Below are positions 37,179 to 47,082 of a DNA stretch of 64,000 nucleotides, piece after piece; the first letter of the stretch is position 1, and each line of letters begins with the position of its first letter. Both the position numbers and the translations under genes were made by a program. A model generated the notes under the pieces. It was not told the DNA's origin. It saw only the letters and a list, made by a program, of their open reading frames with translations, and did no database searches. Location of the stretch: contig OY969767.1 of assembly GCA_963702895.1 (NCBI GenBank), positions 1,888,001 through 1,952,000 on the forward strand. Direction: 5' to 3'. Source of the stretch: an uncultured Elusimicrobia bacterium. Lineage in GTDB: Bacteria > Elusimicrobiota > Elusimicrobia > 2-01-FULL-59-12.

Positions 37179-37502
37179 TCATTTGGATCCTTCCTTTTCA
37201 TCCACCCGCTGTTCAGCAGGTAAGATGTGATTTTTCTGACGGTTGATTTGCAGTTGTTTATATATCGTATAGGGAAGTGCTACCGTGTCAGCTGCGAAGC
37301 TGAGCGGCAAATCGAATAATGCAAGAATTCCAACATTGTCTGCCTTTAGCCCCCTTATGTCACAAGTGGCGCCGCTGTATAGCCGGGGTATCGGTTTATT
37401 GCCACCACATCGCTCGTTTGGATCCCGCAGAGTCACGACTGTCAAGCATCCTTGCAGAAGCAAGAGAGTTAAAGATAGGCAAAGGTGTGATGGAATATTC
37501 AT
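37179..37502 (-). CDS. YceK/YidQ-like lipoprotein, candidate immunity protein
   Basis: LLLQGC lipobox; YSG...D and DLPLSFAADTVALPY; immediately downstream of Rhs, low GC. Confidence 0.75.
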   Translation of the reverse strand: MNIPSHLCLSLTLLLLQGCLTVVTLRDPNERCGGNKPIPRLYSGATCDIRGLKADNVGILALFDLPLSFAADTVALPYTIYKQLQINRQKNHILPAEQRVDEKEGSK

Positions 37503-37537
37503 GGCAATCTTCTAGCTTTCCAATGATTGATTCCTGT

Positions 37538-40500
37538 TCATCTTTCTAGTTGAGTGGACAAATAGGACCAATCGTTGCTCAACAAGGCGGCACCCGAAAA
37601 ACCTGCCGCAACCCCCATGCCGGGAACGTTAAGCCAATTTCTTGTTGCCGTGCCTATATTCTGAAGTGATATTTGAAATTTATCATGAAGATGCGCTGTC
37701 GCATTCCCCCCGGGAAAAGCATTAACGAGTCGACCTGCCTCTCCGCCTTGTTGAAAGAATCCGCTACCGCCATTGGTGTTTGTGCCAGCTATGTTTGTAT
37801 TTAGATCGGCAATATTCTTCTTTACACCTTCTGCTGATTCAGGATACGAGTGATCCACGCTGTCGACTTCATTTTGCGCGCTAGCAGCTGTCGCATTACC
37901 CCCCACATAAGCCTTATATCCGGCGTTTGCCGCTGCGAAACCAGCCGTCATGGCAAACCCTCGCACAAAACTTCCGCCCTGAATTTCCGACATCACACCT
38001 CCAACGGTCCCTTTCGCAAGGACTTGTCCTACTGAATTTAAACCAGAAGCCTCTATACCGTGCATGGCCCCGGCAGAAACGGCAGCTTGAGCCCCTTGGA
38101 TAACGGTGCCCAATAAAACATCCTGTCCACTTCCCCCGTTCAATCCGGCGGACACCCCTCCCGAGACTTCACCCACCAAGGCACCGTTTAGCACGGCGGC
38201 TTGCCATGAAGTCGCGGCAAAACCTGACGCGGCACCGTAGGTTCCCACCGTTATGGCAGCTGCGGCGATATAATAACGGTTTTGATAGCTAAAATCCCAC
38301 ACCTGAGGCACTGCCATAATAATCCCAAACGCCTGAACCTTTCCGATCGTCGCAAAGAAATTCTTTGCAGATCCCCAGAACGAATGCCCACTTGGGTCCG
38401 TATATATGACCGGATTATTCCGGCAGTAGGCGTAGCGGTTAAGGGTCTGGGGGTCGTAGGGGCTCTGGATAAGGGTGTCGGGCGTGATGAAGCGCCTCAA
38501 CTGTGGGTCGTAGTACCGGGCGTTGTAGTAGTAGAGCCCGGTCGAGTCGTCCAGGCGCTGGCCGGTGAACTTATAGTCCGAATCCCGGCTGCCGGAAGTC
38601 GCGTGGGTCGTGCCGAAGGGGGCGTACTGGTTGCGGCGGACCACCACCGCCTGCGCCGCGTCCACCAGTTGATTCGTGCTGCCCAGGTGATCGGGCAGGA
38701 GGTAGGTGACAGGGCCCGCTCCCTCCACCATCGCCACCCGGAGGGAACCGGCCGTCACGTATTGAAGTGTTTTGACCGGGGTGACCTCGTAGATATGGCC
38801 GATATAGAAGCTCGTTTGTCTTTCATTCCCCCGGATGATGGTCTTTTGGACGCGATGGCCTTCAAAGTCATAGACGAAGTCGGTGAGGGATCCATCGGAC
38901 TGAATGATCCGGACGGGGCGGTTCTCGTAGTCGTACTTGATCCAGCGGCCTCCGCCCACCTGGAGGTTGCCGTTCGCATCCTTCCATTCGGCATAGCCGT
39001 TTTGCCGCAAGCCGGTCACGATGGTCCGGATGTCCGCCGGGGAGGTCCCCGCAAGGTCCGCGAAGGAGGCGGGCGCCAGGATGGCGGGCGGCGCGGCGTC
39101 CGCGCCGCCGAGGGCCTCCTGGCCCAGGGCGAGCTCCCTCCAGGGACTACCGTTGGTCATGGGCCCTTGATAGCCGAACACGACCCGATATTGTGAGGAG
39201 GCGCTCGCGCTCACCAGCCACTCGCCGCTCGTGAGTTCAAGCGTGTGGGAGGAGCTTTGCAGAACGCCCCCCGAGGGACCGATGAGCGGCGGGCCCGCCA
39301 GGCGCGCGCCCGCCGCTTGTCCGATGCTGAGCTGATAGACGGGACTCCAGGGTGATACAGCCCCCGTTCCGTATTCCACCGCCTGCATCCGTATCGCGTA
39401 GGGGTCCGTTCTGGCCGCAACCCAACTATACGTGGCGATCACCACCGCGCCGGAAGGCACGTATCCCGTTTCGGGAAGGACCGCGGCGCCTGTTCCCCAA
39501 TCGATGCGATACTTGAGCTTGCTCCCGTTTAAATCCCAGGCGGCAAATTGAAACCCGTAAGGGGTATGGGTCTGTCCGGAAAGCTGCGCCGGCTGCGTCG
39601 GCAGGGGGGACAGAGGCTCGTTTGGCGGCATCGGGGGGATGGATCGAAAGCTGAAGAGCACTTCCTGCGCGGACAAAGCCCGCGGGTGAAAGGTCAAAGA
39701 ATCGAGAACACCTTTATAACCCGACCCCAGGGTGAGCGCGCTCTGGCTGCCGGCCAGGGGCCCTGCCACCGGCGCCGCCCCTGCCAGCGCGCCATTCACA
39801 TAGATTTTGGCCAGCGCGCCGTCATAGGTCAGGGCGACATGCGACCAGATGTTCGTGCGGAGCCCACCGGACGCGTGGACCAGCGTCGAAGTGGAAGCGT
39901 TCCAGAGCCGCGCGTCCAGACTTCCATCGGCGTTGAGCTGCGGAAAGGCAAAGACGCCGGCCTTGGATAGAAGAAAGCCTGTCGTGCCGAGCGCCAGAGG
40001 CCGCACCCAAAGTTCGATGGTGAGCGCCGGAGCGGGAGAGAGCGACTCCGTTCCCGAAAGCTTCGCGATCGCCCCCCCATCAAAATAGAGCCCGTTCCCG
40101 ACCCGCCCGTAGGAGGAGTAAACAGAGCCCTGCAGCGCGCTCAGCTGCTCAAGACCTTCAAAAGACCAGGCCCCCTGCGCGGCGTCGCTGCCCGGCAAGA
40201 AATTGCCGAGGCTGTCATACCGGTACATCTTCTGGCCGTATGGCCCCGACGCCTCCTTGAGGCGGTCCAGCTCATCATAGGCGAAGGTCTGCGTCCCCTG
40301 CCCCGCGGCATCGTCAATGCGGGTGATATTGCCCACGTTGTCGTACGTGTACCTGAAATTTTGCAGGACCTCTCCCCCGGGTTTGCCCGCGCTCAAGGCA
40401 CTCAGGTAGAAGTTCTTGGGCTGATACGCGTAGCTGGCGGTGACGCCGTTTCCGTACGTCACGCCCGCGAGCTTGCCGACAGCATGGCTGTCGTAGTGGA

Positions 40501-43500
40501 GCGCGGCAAAGGTGGTCTTGGACTGGGGATCGTACACGGACTTGAGATACGCGCCGTCGTAACGATTTTCGATGACTTTCTGGTTGGGATAGGTCACCGT
40601 GATTTCCCGCCCGAGGTTGTCGTAGCTCATGCCCGTCACATAGGTGGCCCCTCCGATGACTCTCGTTTTGGCCGTCACGCGCCCTGTTTTGTCATACGTG
40701 AAGGCGCTTGAGCCGGACAGATCCTCCACGCTGGAGAGCCGCCCTTTGCCATAGGTCCCGGTGTCATAGCGATAGGTGAGCGCGGTCTCGTTCGGGTAGG
40801 TTTTGGTCTTGACGCGGCCAAGCGTGTCGTAGGCCATACGAATCGTCTGGTTCCGGGCGTCTGTTTGCGCGATCAAACGGCCGTTCGCGTCATACTGGTA
40901 AGCCCAGGCCCCCATCTGCGGATCGCTGATGCCCGTTTTCCTGCCCAGCGTATCGTAGACCAGTGACGTGACCTGTCCGAGGGAGTTCGTGATTCGAGCA
41001 AGATTGCCCATCGCATCGTACCCGTACGTCGTGATATGGGTCTGACCTTCATTGCGCTCCCGGACTTCGACGATTTTTCCATAAGCGTCTTTGACGGACT
41101 CTTTCGTATGGCCGTTCGCGTCCGTCGCCGTGACGATCCAGTCGCTGTAGGATGTGGAGGATGTCGTGCCGTCGGGATGGGTCACCTGGACCACGCGGCC
41201 CAGGGCGTCGTAGACCGTCGTGGCGTAGGGCTTGGACACATCCTCCGGCACGTACCCGGAGGTAACCCCGGACACTGAATAAGGAAGGTAGGCTTTCGCC
41301 GCCAGGCCCCTGGCGTCGTAGACGACACCCCCGGAGAGGATCTGCGTCGCGCCGGTTTCGGGAGCTTTGGTTTGCCGTTTGCGGCCGATGCCGTCCATGA
41401 ATTCATACGTGACAAGGGTCGTCGTCGACCCCGATGTCACCCGCGCGCTGGAGACGATCGCGTGGGGCGGCGTGGCGTTGAGCACGTACTGATACTCCGA
41501 CGTTGGAAAAGCCGTGGAATCCGTGGGGCCGATGACGGTGGTCAGGCGACCGAAGGCGTCATAGCGATACTGCGTGAGCTGGTTGTTGGCATCCGTCCGG
41601 GTGAGCCTTTGGCCGGTCGCGGGATCGAAGGTCATGGATTCCTGCAGGTTGAGCGATCCGGCGGCTTGCGTGATCTTGGACGGGAATTGGTGATAGGCGG
41701 ACTCATACTCGTAATGGGTGCGGCCGCCCTGGGCGTCGCCCGGCGCGCTCGCGGCGCAGGCGACGTTTCCGGCCGCCTGGTTCCAGAGCGCGTCACACTG
41801 GTCCGTCAGGTTTCCGTAAGCGTCATAGGCCATGCTCACGACCGGGTTGTTGCCGCCGGAAAGCCACTGTTCCTCTTTCGTCAGGAGCCCCTTCACGGGC
41901 GGATCTGTAACGGAGACCGCGGCGTCGTAAAAGAACCTGCTCTGTGTGGCCGTGCTGCCGTCGGCCTTGAGCAGCCGCTTGTGGCTGGGATAGCCGACCA
42001 GATAGGCTGTCGCGTTCGGCGCGTACTCCACCAGGCTCGCGCGCTCATCGCCCGTCACATCAACATCCCCCTCTTGAATCTCCTTGGTGAGATTCCCGTA
42101 ACAACCCGCGGGGACCAGCGTACAGTCGTATTCGTACTTCGTCCGCGCGTGTTTCGATCCGACGTAGGTATCCACTTGAGAGAGGTAAGGAAAAGTCACA
42201 CCGTCAAAGGGCGCCGCGTAAGCGTAGGTATTGACCGTCCTGGTCAGCAAGGCGCCGGAGACCCCATAGGCCGCCTGCTCGAAGATCTTGCCTTTATAGA
42301 GGTTGACGCCGAGAACGGCGTGATCGTCCTGCAGGAATTTGGTGAGCGTGTAATGGCCCTCGGCATCCGTCGTTCTCACTTCGCGGAAACCAAGAAATTC
42401 GCGTTTGTCCCAAGGGAGTTTTTGATAGAAACCCCCCGCGTACCCGTAGAGCGTCGTCACCGATGACCCCATGCCGTCGAAGACCGTCATCGTGCTCACC
42501 ACGATCACGGGGAACGGCAATTGGGCGGCGCTCTCCGAGCGATGCGCCTGATAAGAAATCTGGATCGTGCCGCCCAGCGGCGTCCGAATGGAGTTCATCA
42601 GGTGGGCCGTGGGCCCTTCGCTGAGGCCGAGCCATGTCTGGAGATCGGAGTTCATGACGCCCACATCCCCCTTCCCATCGCCGTTAAAATCGCCGGGCAA
42701 CAGGCTCGCTTCGGCAACCCCGGCAGGAAACACGATGTCGTTCGGCAGGGAGTCCAGCGTAAAACCGGATCCATGGTTGAGGGCGATATAGATCCTGGTC
42801 CCACTCAGGTACATCAGATCCGGAAGACCGTCCCCATTGACATCCAGGACGCGCAGCGTCTTCTTGGCCGCGTCGCTGATGGCCGCGGTAAGCCAGGGTC
42901 TCATGGCAAACGACTTGCCCGTGCTTAGCCCGACCTGGATGACCCCATTGCGATAAACGGCGATATCACCAAGGCCGTCCCCGTTGAAATCGCCCGACAG
43001 CACCGGCGTATACCCGTCTCCCGAAATGGAGCCGGCCCAACTGGTGAACGCGAAAGGGCTCCCATTGCTCAGCGCCACCCACAGGTTGCCGGTGTTGCTT
43101 TCATAAAGAAGGAGATCAGATTTTCCATCGTTATTGAAGTCGCTGGTACGGAATATGCAGTTATTCGGATTGGCCCATCGATCACCGCAGGTAATGGACG
43201 CGGGACTTTGAGCATCCCACGGCTGATAACGAAAGGAGTGATTGCCTAAATTGAAATCTACATTTAAGCCTTGATAGTTCATCAAGATATTCTCTGGCAA
43301 GCCATCCCCCGTGATATCGGCCACGCCCACCAGATAGCGCCAACCTAAGGGCACAGGTGTCCAGGGTCTAAAACTAAAACTACTTCCGTTGGACAGTCCG
43401 ACGGCGTCCTCGTAGGGGCCGCCGCTCTTCGAGCTGAAGTAGCCAAGAGCGTCTGTCTTTCCATCCTGGTCATAGTCGGCGGCGGAGGTCATATCCGTCC

Positions 43501-44698
43501 TAAAGAATGACCAGCTGTCTAAAATGACGCCCCCGCGGCCATTGCTCAGCATCACGCGATGCGTCGTTCCGTTTGGGGAATGTCCTTGGTAGGGATAGTA
43601 ATAGAGGTCTGATAAACCATCGCCGTTGAAGTCTCCGACACTCAAGCTTCCATACCCTATTTGGCCGCTGACCACGGGCGACTTGGCCAAACGGAAGCTG
43701 AAGGACGCCCCGTCCTGATAACTGAAACTCGTCGTATGGATTTCCGGCGTCGTTGAGGGACAGCCCATGTCGGAACCATGGGCGGCGCATTCTTTAACCG
43801 CTTCCATCCGAGAAACGGGACCGGCTCCGTACGCCAGCTCATAATTTCTCACCACATAGCCGTTGGTCAGCATCTGGATGTACTTCAGGCGGGTGTGAAT
43901 GCGCTCCTCAAAACCTGCTGCATAGGATGTCAACAGGTCCGGCCGACCTTCGATTTTGAACTGGATTTCATGAGGTCCATACTGGATAGAGGAGGGAATG
44001 TAGCTCGTCACGCCTCCCACGCCACCCGAAGCGCGCGGCGCGCTAGGTGGCGCCCCAAAACCCGGCGCACCAGCAGGCGACTGAAGGCTAGGGTAGACAA
44101 TCTTCATGGAATTCCCATGGGGATCCGTTGCTTGTGATAAACCCCAGGAGGAATACGGGCTGCCTGAAACGGACGAAGTCCGCGCGAGACCTGTAAAGAG
44201 ATACCGCTTGCCATCCTTCGACCAGGCCCGCCAAATATCGGGAGCGCAATATCGTATCCGCAGAAACGCGGATTCAATTTGGACCCTGTATTCTCTATAC
44301 GACCCATCGCTATCCGAGCCTGACCCCACGGGCACAAGCTGCTGGGTCTGCCCCTGAAAAGTGAGATTGAACGTATCGGACGCGTCGTTGTAGGTAGGCA
44401 ATCCATTCTTGGTGCTGCGATGGATGGACCCGACACTCAAATCCCAGCCAATACCGAGCCAGCCATTGCCCGCCTGCGAATTGTACGTGAGCTGCAAACC
44501 AGGCTGGACCCCCTGACGGCCCGGGGGGACCGAAAGCGGGTAGGCATACGTGAACGCTCCCGTGAAAAGTGAAACGTTAGGAGACCCCGTCGGCGTCAAG
44601 TTGGACGGATTAGCTCCGGAGCGCTCCGCCGAATGGGTCGATACGGAAACGACGGCGCTGATGAACAGCCCGGCAACGAGCGCCCTGCTGGATTTCAT
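37538..44698 (-). CDS. Rhs/YD-repeat protein: Sec signal, SpvB-like N-terminus, FG-GAP repeats, YD repeats, inserted LamG-like module, Rhs core, variable C-terminus
   Basis: VPPGRQGVQPGLQLTYNSQAGNGWLGIGW, GDFNGDG repeats, REFLGF, YD.LGR, TGLYYYNARYYDP, YCRNNPVIYTDPSGH. Confidence 0.92.
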   Translation of the reverse strand: MKSSRALVAGLFISAVVSVSTHSAERSGANPSNLTPTGSPNVSLFTGAFTYAYPLSVPPGRQGVQPGLQLTYNSQAGNGWLGIGWDLSVGSIHRSTKNGLPTYNDASDTFNLTFQGQTQQLVPVGSGSDSDGSYREYRVQIESAFLRIRYCAPDIWRAWSKDGKRYLFTGLARTSSVSGSPYSSWGLSQATDPHGNSMKIVYPSLQSPAGAPGFGAPPSAPRASGGVGGVTSYIPSSIQYGPHEIQFKIEGRPDLLTSYAAGFEERIHTRLKYIQMLTNGYVVRNYELAYGAGPVSRMEAVKECAAHGSDMGCPSTTPEIHTTSFSYQDGASFSFRLAKSPVVSGQIGYGSLSVGDFNGDGLSDLYYYPYQGHSPNGTTHRVMLSNGRGGVILDSWSFFRTDMTSAADYDQDGKTDALGYFSSKSGGPYEDAVGLSNGSSFSFRPWTPVPLGWRYLVGVADITGDGLPENILMNYQGLNVDFNLGNHSFRYQPWDAQSPASITCGDRWANPNNCIFRTSDFNNDGKSDLLLYESNTGNLWVALSNGSPFAFTSWAGSISGDGYTPVLSGDFNGDGLGDIAVYRNGVIQVGLSTGKSFAMRPWLTAAISDAAKKTLRVLDVNGDGLPDLMYLSGTRIYIALNHGSGFTLDSLPNDIVFPAGVAEASLLPGDFNGDGKGDVGVMNSDLQTWLGLSEGPTAHLMNSIRTPLGGTIQISYQAHRSESAAQLPFPVIVVSTMTVFDGMGSSVTTLYGYAGGFYQKLPWDKREFLGFREVRTTDAEGHYTLTKFLQDDHAVLGVNLYKGKIFEQAAYGVSGALLTRTVNTYAYAAPFDGVTFPYLSQVDTYVGSKHARTKYEYDCTLVPAGCYGNLTKEIQEGDVDVTGDERASLVEYAPNATAYLVGYPSHKRLLKADGSTATQSRFFYDAAVSVTDPPVKGLLTKEEQWLSGGNNPVVSMAYDAYGNLTDQCDALWNQAAGNVACAASAPGDAQGGRTHYEYESAYHQFPSKITQAAGSLNLQESMTFDPATGQRLTRTDANNQLTQYRYDAFGRLTTVIGPTDSTAFPTSEYQYVLNATPPHAIVSSARVTSGSTTTLVTYEFMDGIGRKRQTKAPETGATQILSGGVVYDARGLAAKAYLPYSVSGVTSGYVPEDVSKPYATTVYDALGRVVQVTHPDGTTSSTSYSDWIVTATDANGHTKESVKDAYGKIVEVRERNEGQTHITTYGYDAMGNLARITNSLGQVTSLVYDTLGRKTGISDPQMGAWAYQYDANGRLIAQTDARNQTIRMAYDTLGRVKTKTYPNETALTYRYDTGTYGKGRLSSVEDLSGSSAFTYDKTGRVTAKTRVIGGATYVTGMSYDNLGREITVTYPNQKVIENRYDGAYLKSVYDPQSKTTFAALHYDSHAVGKLAGVTYGNGVTASYAYQPKNFYLSALSAGKPGGEVLQNFRYTYDNVGNITRIDDAAGQGTQTFAYDELDRLKEASGPYGQKMYRYDSLGNFLPGSDAAQGAWSFEGLEQLSALQGSVYSSYGRVGNGLYFDGGAIAKLSGTESLSPAPALTIELWVRPLALGTTGFLLSKAGVFAFPQLNADGSLDARLWNASTSTLVHASGGLRTNIWSHVALTYDGALAKIYVNGALAGAAPVAGPLAGSQSALTLGSGYKGVLDSLTFHPRALSAQEVLFSFRSIPPMPPNEPLSPLPTQPAQLSGQTHTPYGFQFAAWDLNGSKLKYRIDWGTGAAVLPETGYVPSGAVVIATYSWVAARTDPYAIRMQAVEYGTGAVSPWSPVYQLSIGQAAGARLAGPPLIGPSGGVLQSSSHTLELTSGEWLVSASASSQYRVVFGYQGPMTNGSPWRELALGQEALGGADAAPPAILAPASFADLAGTSPADIRTIVTGLRQNGYAEWKDANGNLQVGGGRWIKYDYENRPVRIIQSDGSLTDFVYDFEGHRVQKTIIRGNERQTSFYIGHIYEVTPVKTLQYVTAGSLRVAMVEGAGPVTYLLPDHLGSTNQLVDAAQAVVVRRNQYAPFGTTHATSGSRDSDYKFTGQRLDDSTGLYYYNARYYDPQLRRFITPDTLIQSPYDPQTLNRYAYCRNNPVIYTDPSGHSFWGSAKNFFATIGKVQAFGIIMAVPQVWDFSYQNRYYIAAAAITVGTYGAASGFAATSWQAAVLNGALVGEVSGGVSAGLNGGSGQDVLLGTVIQGAQAAVSAGAMHGIEASGLNSVGQVLAKGTVGGVMSEIQGGSFVRGFAMTAGFAAANAGYKAYVGGNATAASAQNEVDSVDHSYPESAEGVKKNIADLNTNIAGTNTNGGSGFFQQGGEAGRLVNAFPGGNATAHLHDKFQISLQNIGTATRNWLNVPGMGVAAGFSGAALLSNDWSYLSTQLER

Positions 44699-44737
44699 AT
44701 ACAGCATGTAGCAATCCTGGAGCCGCACGAAATAGGA

Positions 44738-45562
44738 CTAAAGAACCATTTCCGTTTCGCACAACTCGCGAAGTCTCGCCAAGGCCCGTCGCTTGAGCTG
44801 CCTGACTCGGGCGGGCGTGACGCCCAGCTCCCGAGAGAGCTCAGAAGCCTCGGTGATCTCTTCTTGCTCACAGAGTCCGAAGAGCCTCTCAATCACATAG
44901 CGTTGGCGCGGCGGGAGTTGACTCACCAGCGCTTGCACCGCGGAAGAGCGTTTCTCCTCATCCATATGGCGCTCCATCTCTTGCATGTCCACGCTGGCGA
45001 CGGCCAACGTCGATTCGCGGTAGAGGGATTCCCCGGATGAGCTGTCCAGCGAAACAGGCCGGAAACGCGCCACACACACGGATTCCCAACGCTTCTGAGA
45101 AAGGTCGAGGCTTTCGGCGATCTCCTCCTCTCTCATCTCCGCAAGCCCTTCCGCGCGGCGGTCACCGCGGGCCTGGTCGAGCTTCCGGAGATCGCGCTGC
45201 ACGCTGATGGGGATCGCCACCGTCCTGGAGCGATTTTGGATGGACCGCCGGATAAAGTGCTGAATCCAATAGGTGGCATAGGTGCTAAAACTCGCGCGTG
45301 GCCCCTGCGGAACATAGAGCGGATCGTACTTATCAATGGCTCGCAGGACCCCCAGACAGCCGTATTGGACAAGGTCATGGTGGTCAAGAAACTGTCCTGA
45401 ATCATGGTAGCGTCCCGCAAGACTCTGGACGGCTCTCATTTGAGACTCAAGAAGCGCAAGGCGCGCAGCAGGCTCGCCCGTTTTAGCGCGGGCAACCAGC
45501 ACGTCTTCTCTGGAATCGTCAACCGACGGACATTCCTCAACCACACAGGCGCAATGCGACAT
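44738..45562 (-). CDS. Sigma-70 family sigma factor (regions 2-4)
   Basis: DLVQYG..G..RAIDKYDP..FSTYATYWI, RTVAIP, VSLD, LPPRQRYVI...FGL, LGVTPARVRQL..RAL.RL. Confidence 0.88.
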   Translation of the reverse strand: MSHCACVVEECPSVDDSREDVLVARAKTGEPAARLALLESQMRAVQSLAGRYHDSGQFLDHHDLVQYGCLGVLRAIDKYDPLYVPQGPRASFSTYATYWIQHFIRRSIQNRSRTVAIPISVQRDLRKLDQARGDRRAEGLAEMREEEIAESLDLSQKRWESVCVARFRPVSLDSSSGESLYRESTLAVASVDMQEMERHMDEEKRSSAVQALVSQLPPRQRYVIERLFGLCEQEEITEASELSRELGVTPARVRQLKRRALARLRELCETEMVL

Positions 45563-45867
45563 GGGGGTGCTCCTTCCTTATAGAGGATGGGCGCGATCAT
45601 GAAACCTGTGAAAGGACAACTAGATACAAGCTCGCAACAAGATGAGAATAATGAACGAAGCTGAAGATTGGCTTAAGGGAAGATGAAGATTTGCTGAAGA
45701 AATCGACAGGATGGGGAGCTTCGTCCTGTCTTTCGGTGGATAGGAAGCCCGGTCAGAAGTGTCGGCGAGCCGGGATTTATAAGTTGCCACCTCCGCGTTC
45801 GCGGGGATGACAGTCAAATAAGCGCGCAGGTTGAGACGTCAGGACCTGGTCAACAGAACGTTTCGGA

Positions 45868-47082
45868 CTAGAGGGTAAAGAACTCGAGGGTCAGCGTGGA
45901 GGTCTTGTAGGAGCGTGAGCCCACGCTCTGGCCAAAATTGGCCTCCAGGAACAAAAAGTTGGGCGGGTTTTCCGAGCCGATATCTGTATCGCGCTGCCCG
46001 TAATGGATGCCGATTTGGTTGCGCACTGTCACGGGAAGCTCTCCCGGAACAAAAGCGGTCGTCTTCTCGAGCGGGATGTCGGGCGTGGAGGCGTCTTTCA
46101 TGAAAAGCCATTGAAAGGAGAAGTCATCGGATTCGTTGTTCGGGTCGGCCGCGACCGGTGTGACCTCCGCGACGGGCCGAGTCCCTGCCTTGATGCTCCA
46201 AGCCAACGAAATCGTCCTGGAAGGATCCGACGTGTTGACGAGGCCCGCGGGATTGGCGACACCCTCCTTCTCGAACTTGGGGGTCGCGTGGGAAGCCTTG
46301 TTGTCGGTGTAGATCTGCACCCCCCACGACGTGGTGTTGGCGTCGACGGCGATCTGGAAATACTGGTCCGCTATTTTCCACGCGGAACTGGTCGTCGCGC
46401 CTGTCCAGGTGATCTCCGTAGGGGAGCTGACACAGGCGGTATCGCCGAGGGCACACAACTTGACCGAGTAGATCGGAGAGGAAGCCGAGGACGGAGGATC
46501 CACATAACGCACCTGGTCGATATAAAAGGTCGCTGGCGAGAGGGCCGTAAAAATGAAAGGGAGCTGCACGGAACTTAAATTCGTCCCTGGCAGGAAGGAA
46601 GTGAGGGGGATCCTCACCAGGGACCAGCGGTTGGCCATGTCCGCGGTCCAGACTCCGGCGCCATAGAGCGTACGCTGATAGATGTAGGTGGAATCGTTTT
46701 TCTTGATGGCGATCTCAATGTTGCCATGGGGCGAGTGGATCCAGAACCGCAGTTCACCGTTCGTGAAGCGAGAGAGGTTTTGCGGGGTCGTCGCTCCATA
46801 ATCGAAACCCCACCCCGCCCATCCCGGGCCGCTCAGGGTTGTGCGATGAGTGGAGGTACCCTCCGGAGCGGCATAATCGGTGGACAGGGAGTCGAAACTG
46901 CACGGGGCACCGCAGAAACGGATCTCATTAAAGACTGCCGTCGAAGGCGGAAAACCTTTATCGGAAAAGGTGGTGTAAATTTCCGCCATCAAGGGTCGGA
47001 CGGGCAGACTCAAGAGGGCCCCGACCATGAGGTATCTCCTCCATCGGCGCTGCGTCACGCACTCAGACCCCGGTATCCTCAT
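45868..47082 (-). CDS. Secreted two-domain protein: carbohydrate-binding-like domain plus pilin/WxL-like domain
   Basis: GWAGWG..NLSRF..LRFW..W....IPL..F..FYIDQVRY; C-terminal half homologous to 49201-49917. Confidence 0.65.
   Translation of the reverse strand: MRIPGSECVTQRRWRRYLMVGALLSLPVRPLMAEIYTTFSDKGFPPSTAVFNEIRFCGAPCSFDSLSTDYAAPEGTSTHRTTLSGPGWAGWGFDYGATTPQNLSRFTNGELRFWIHSPHGNIEIAIKKNDSTYIYQRTLYGAGVWTADMANRWSLVRIPLTSFLPGTNLSSVQLPFIFTALSPATFYIDQVRYVDPPSSASSPIYSVKLCALGDTACVSSPTEITWTGATTSSAWKIADQYFQIAVDANTTSWGVQIYTDNKASHATPKFEKEGVANPAGLVNTSDPSRTISLAWSIKAGTRPVAEVTPVAADPNNESDDFSFQWLFMKDASTPDIPLEKTTAFVPGELPVTVRNQIGIHYGQRDTDIGSENPPNFLFLEANFGQSVGSRSYKTSTLTLEFFTL

Noticed and set aside
37538..44698. 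Complete Tc (ABC) toxin complex or T6SS effector
   Set aside because: No TcA component, PAAR or VgrG in the window
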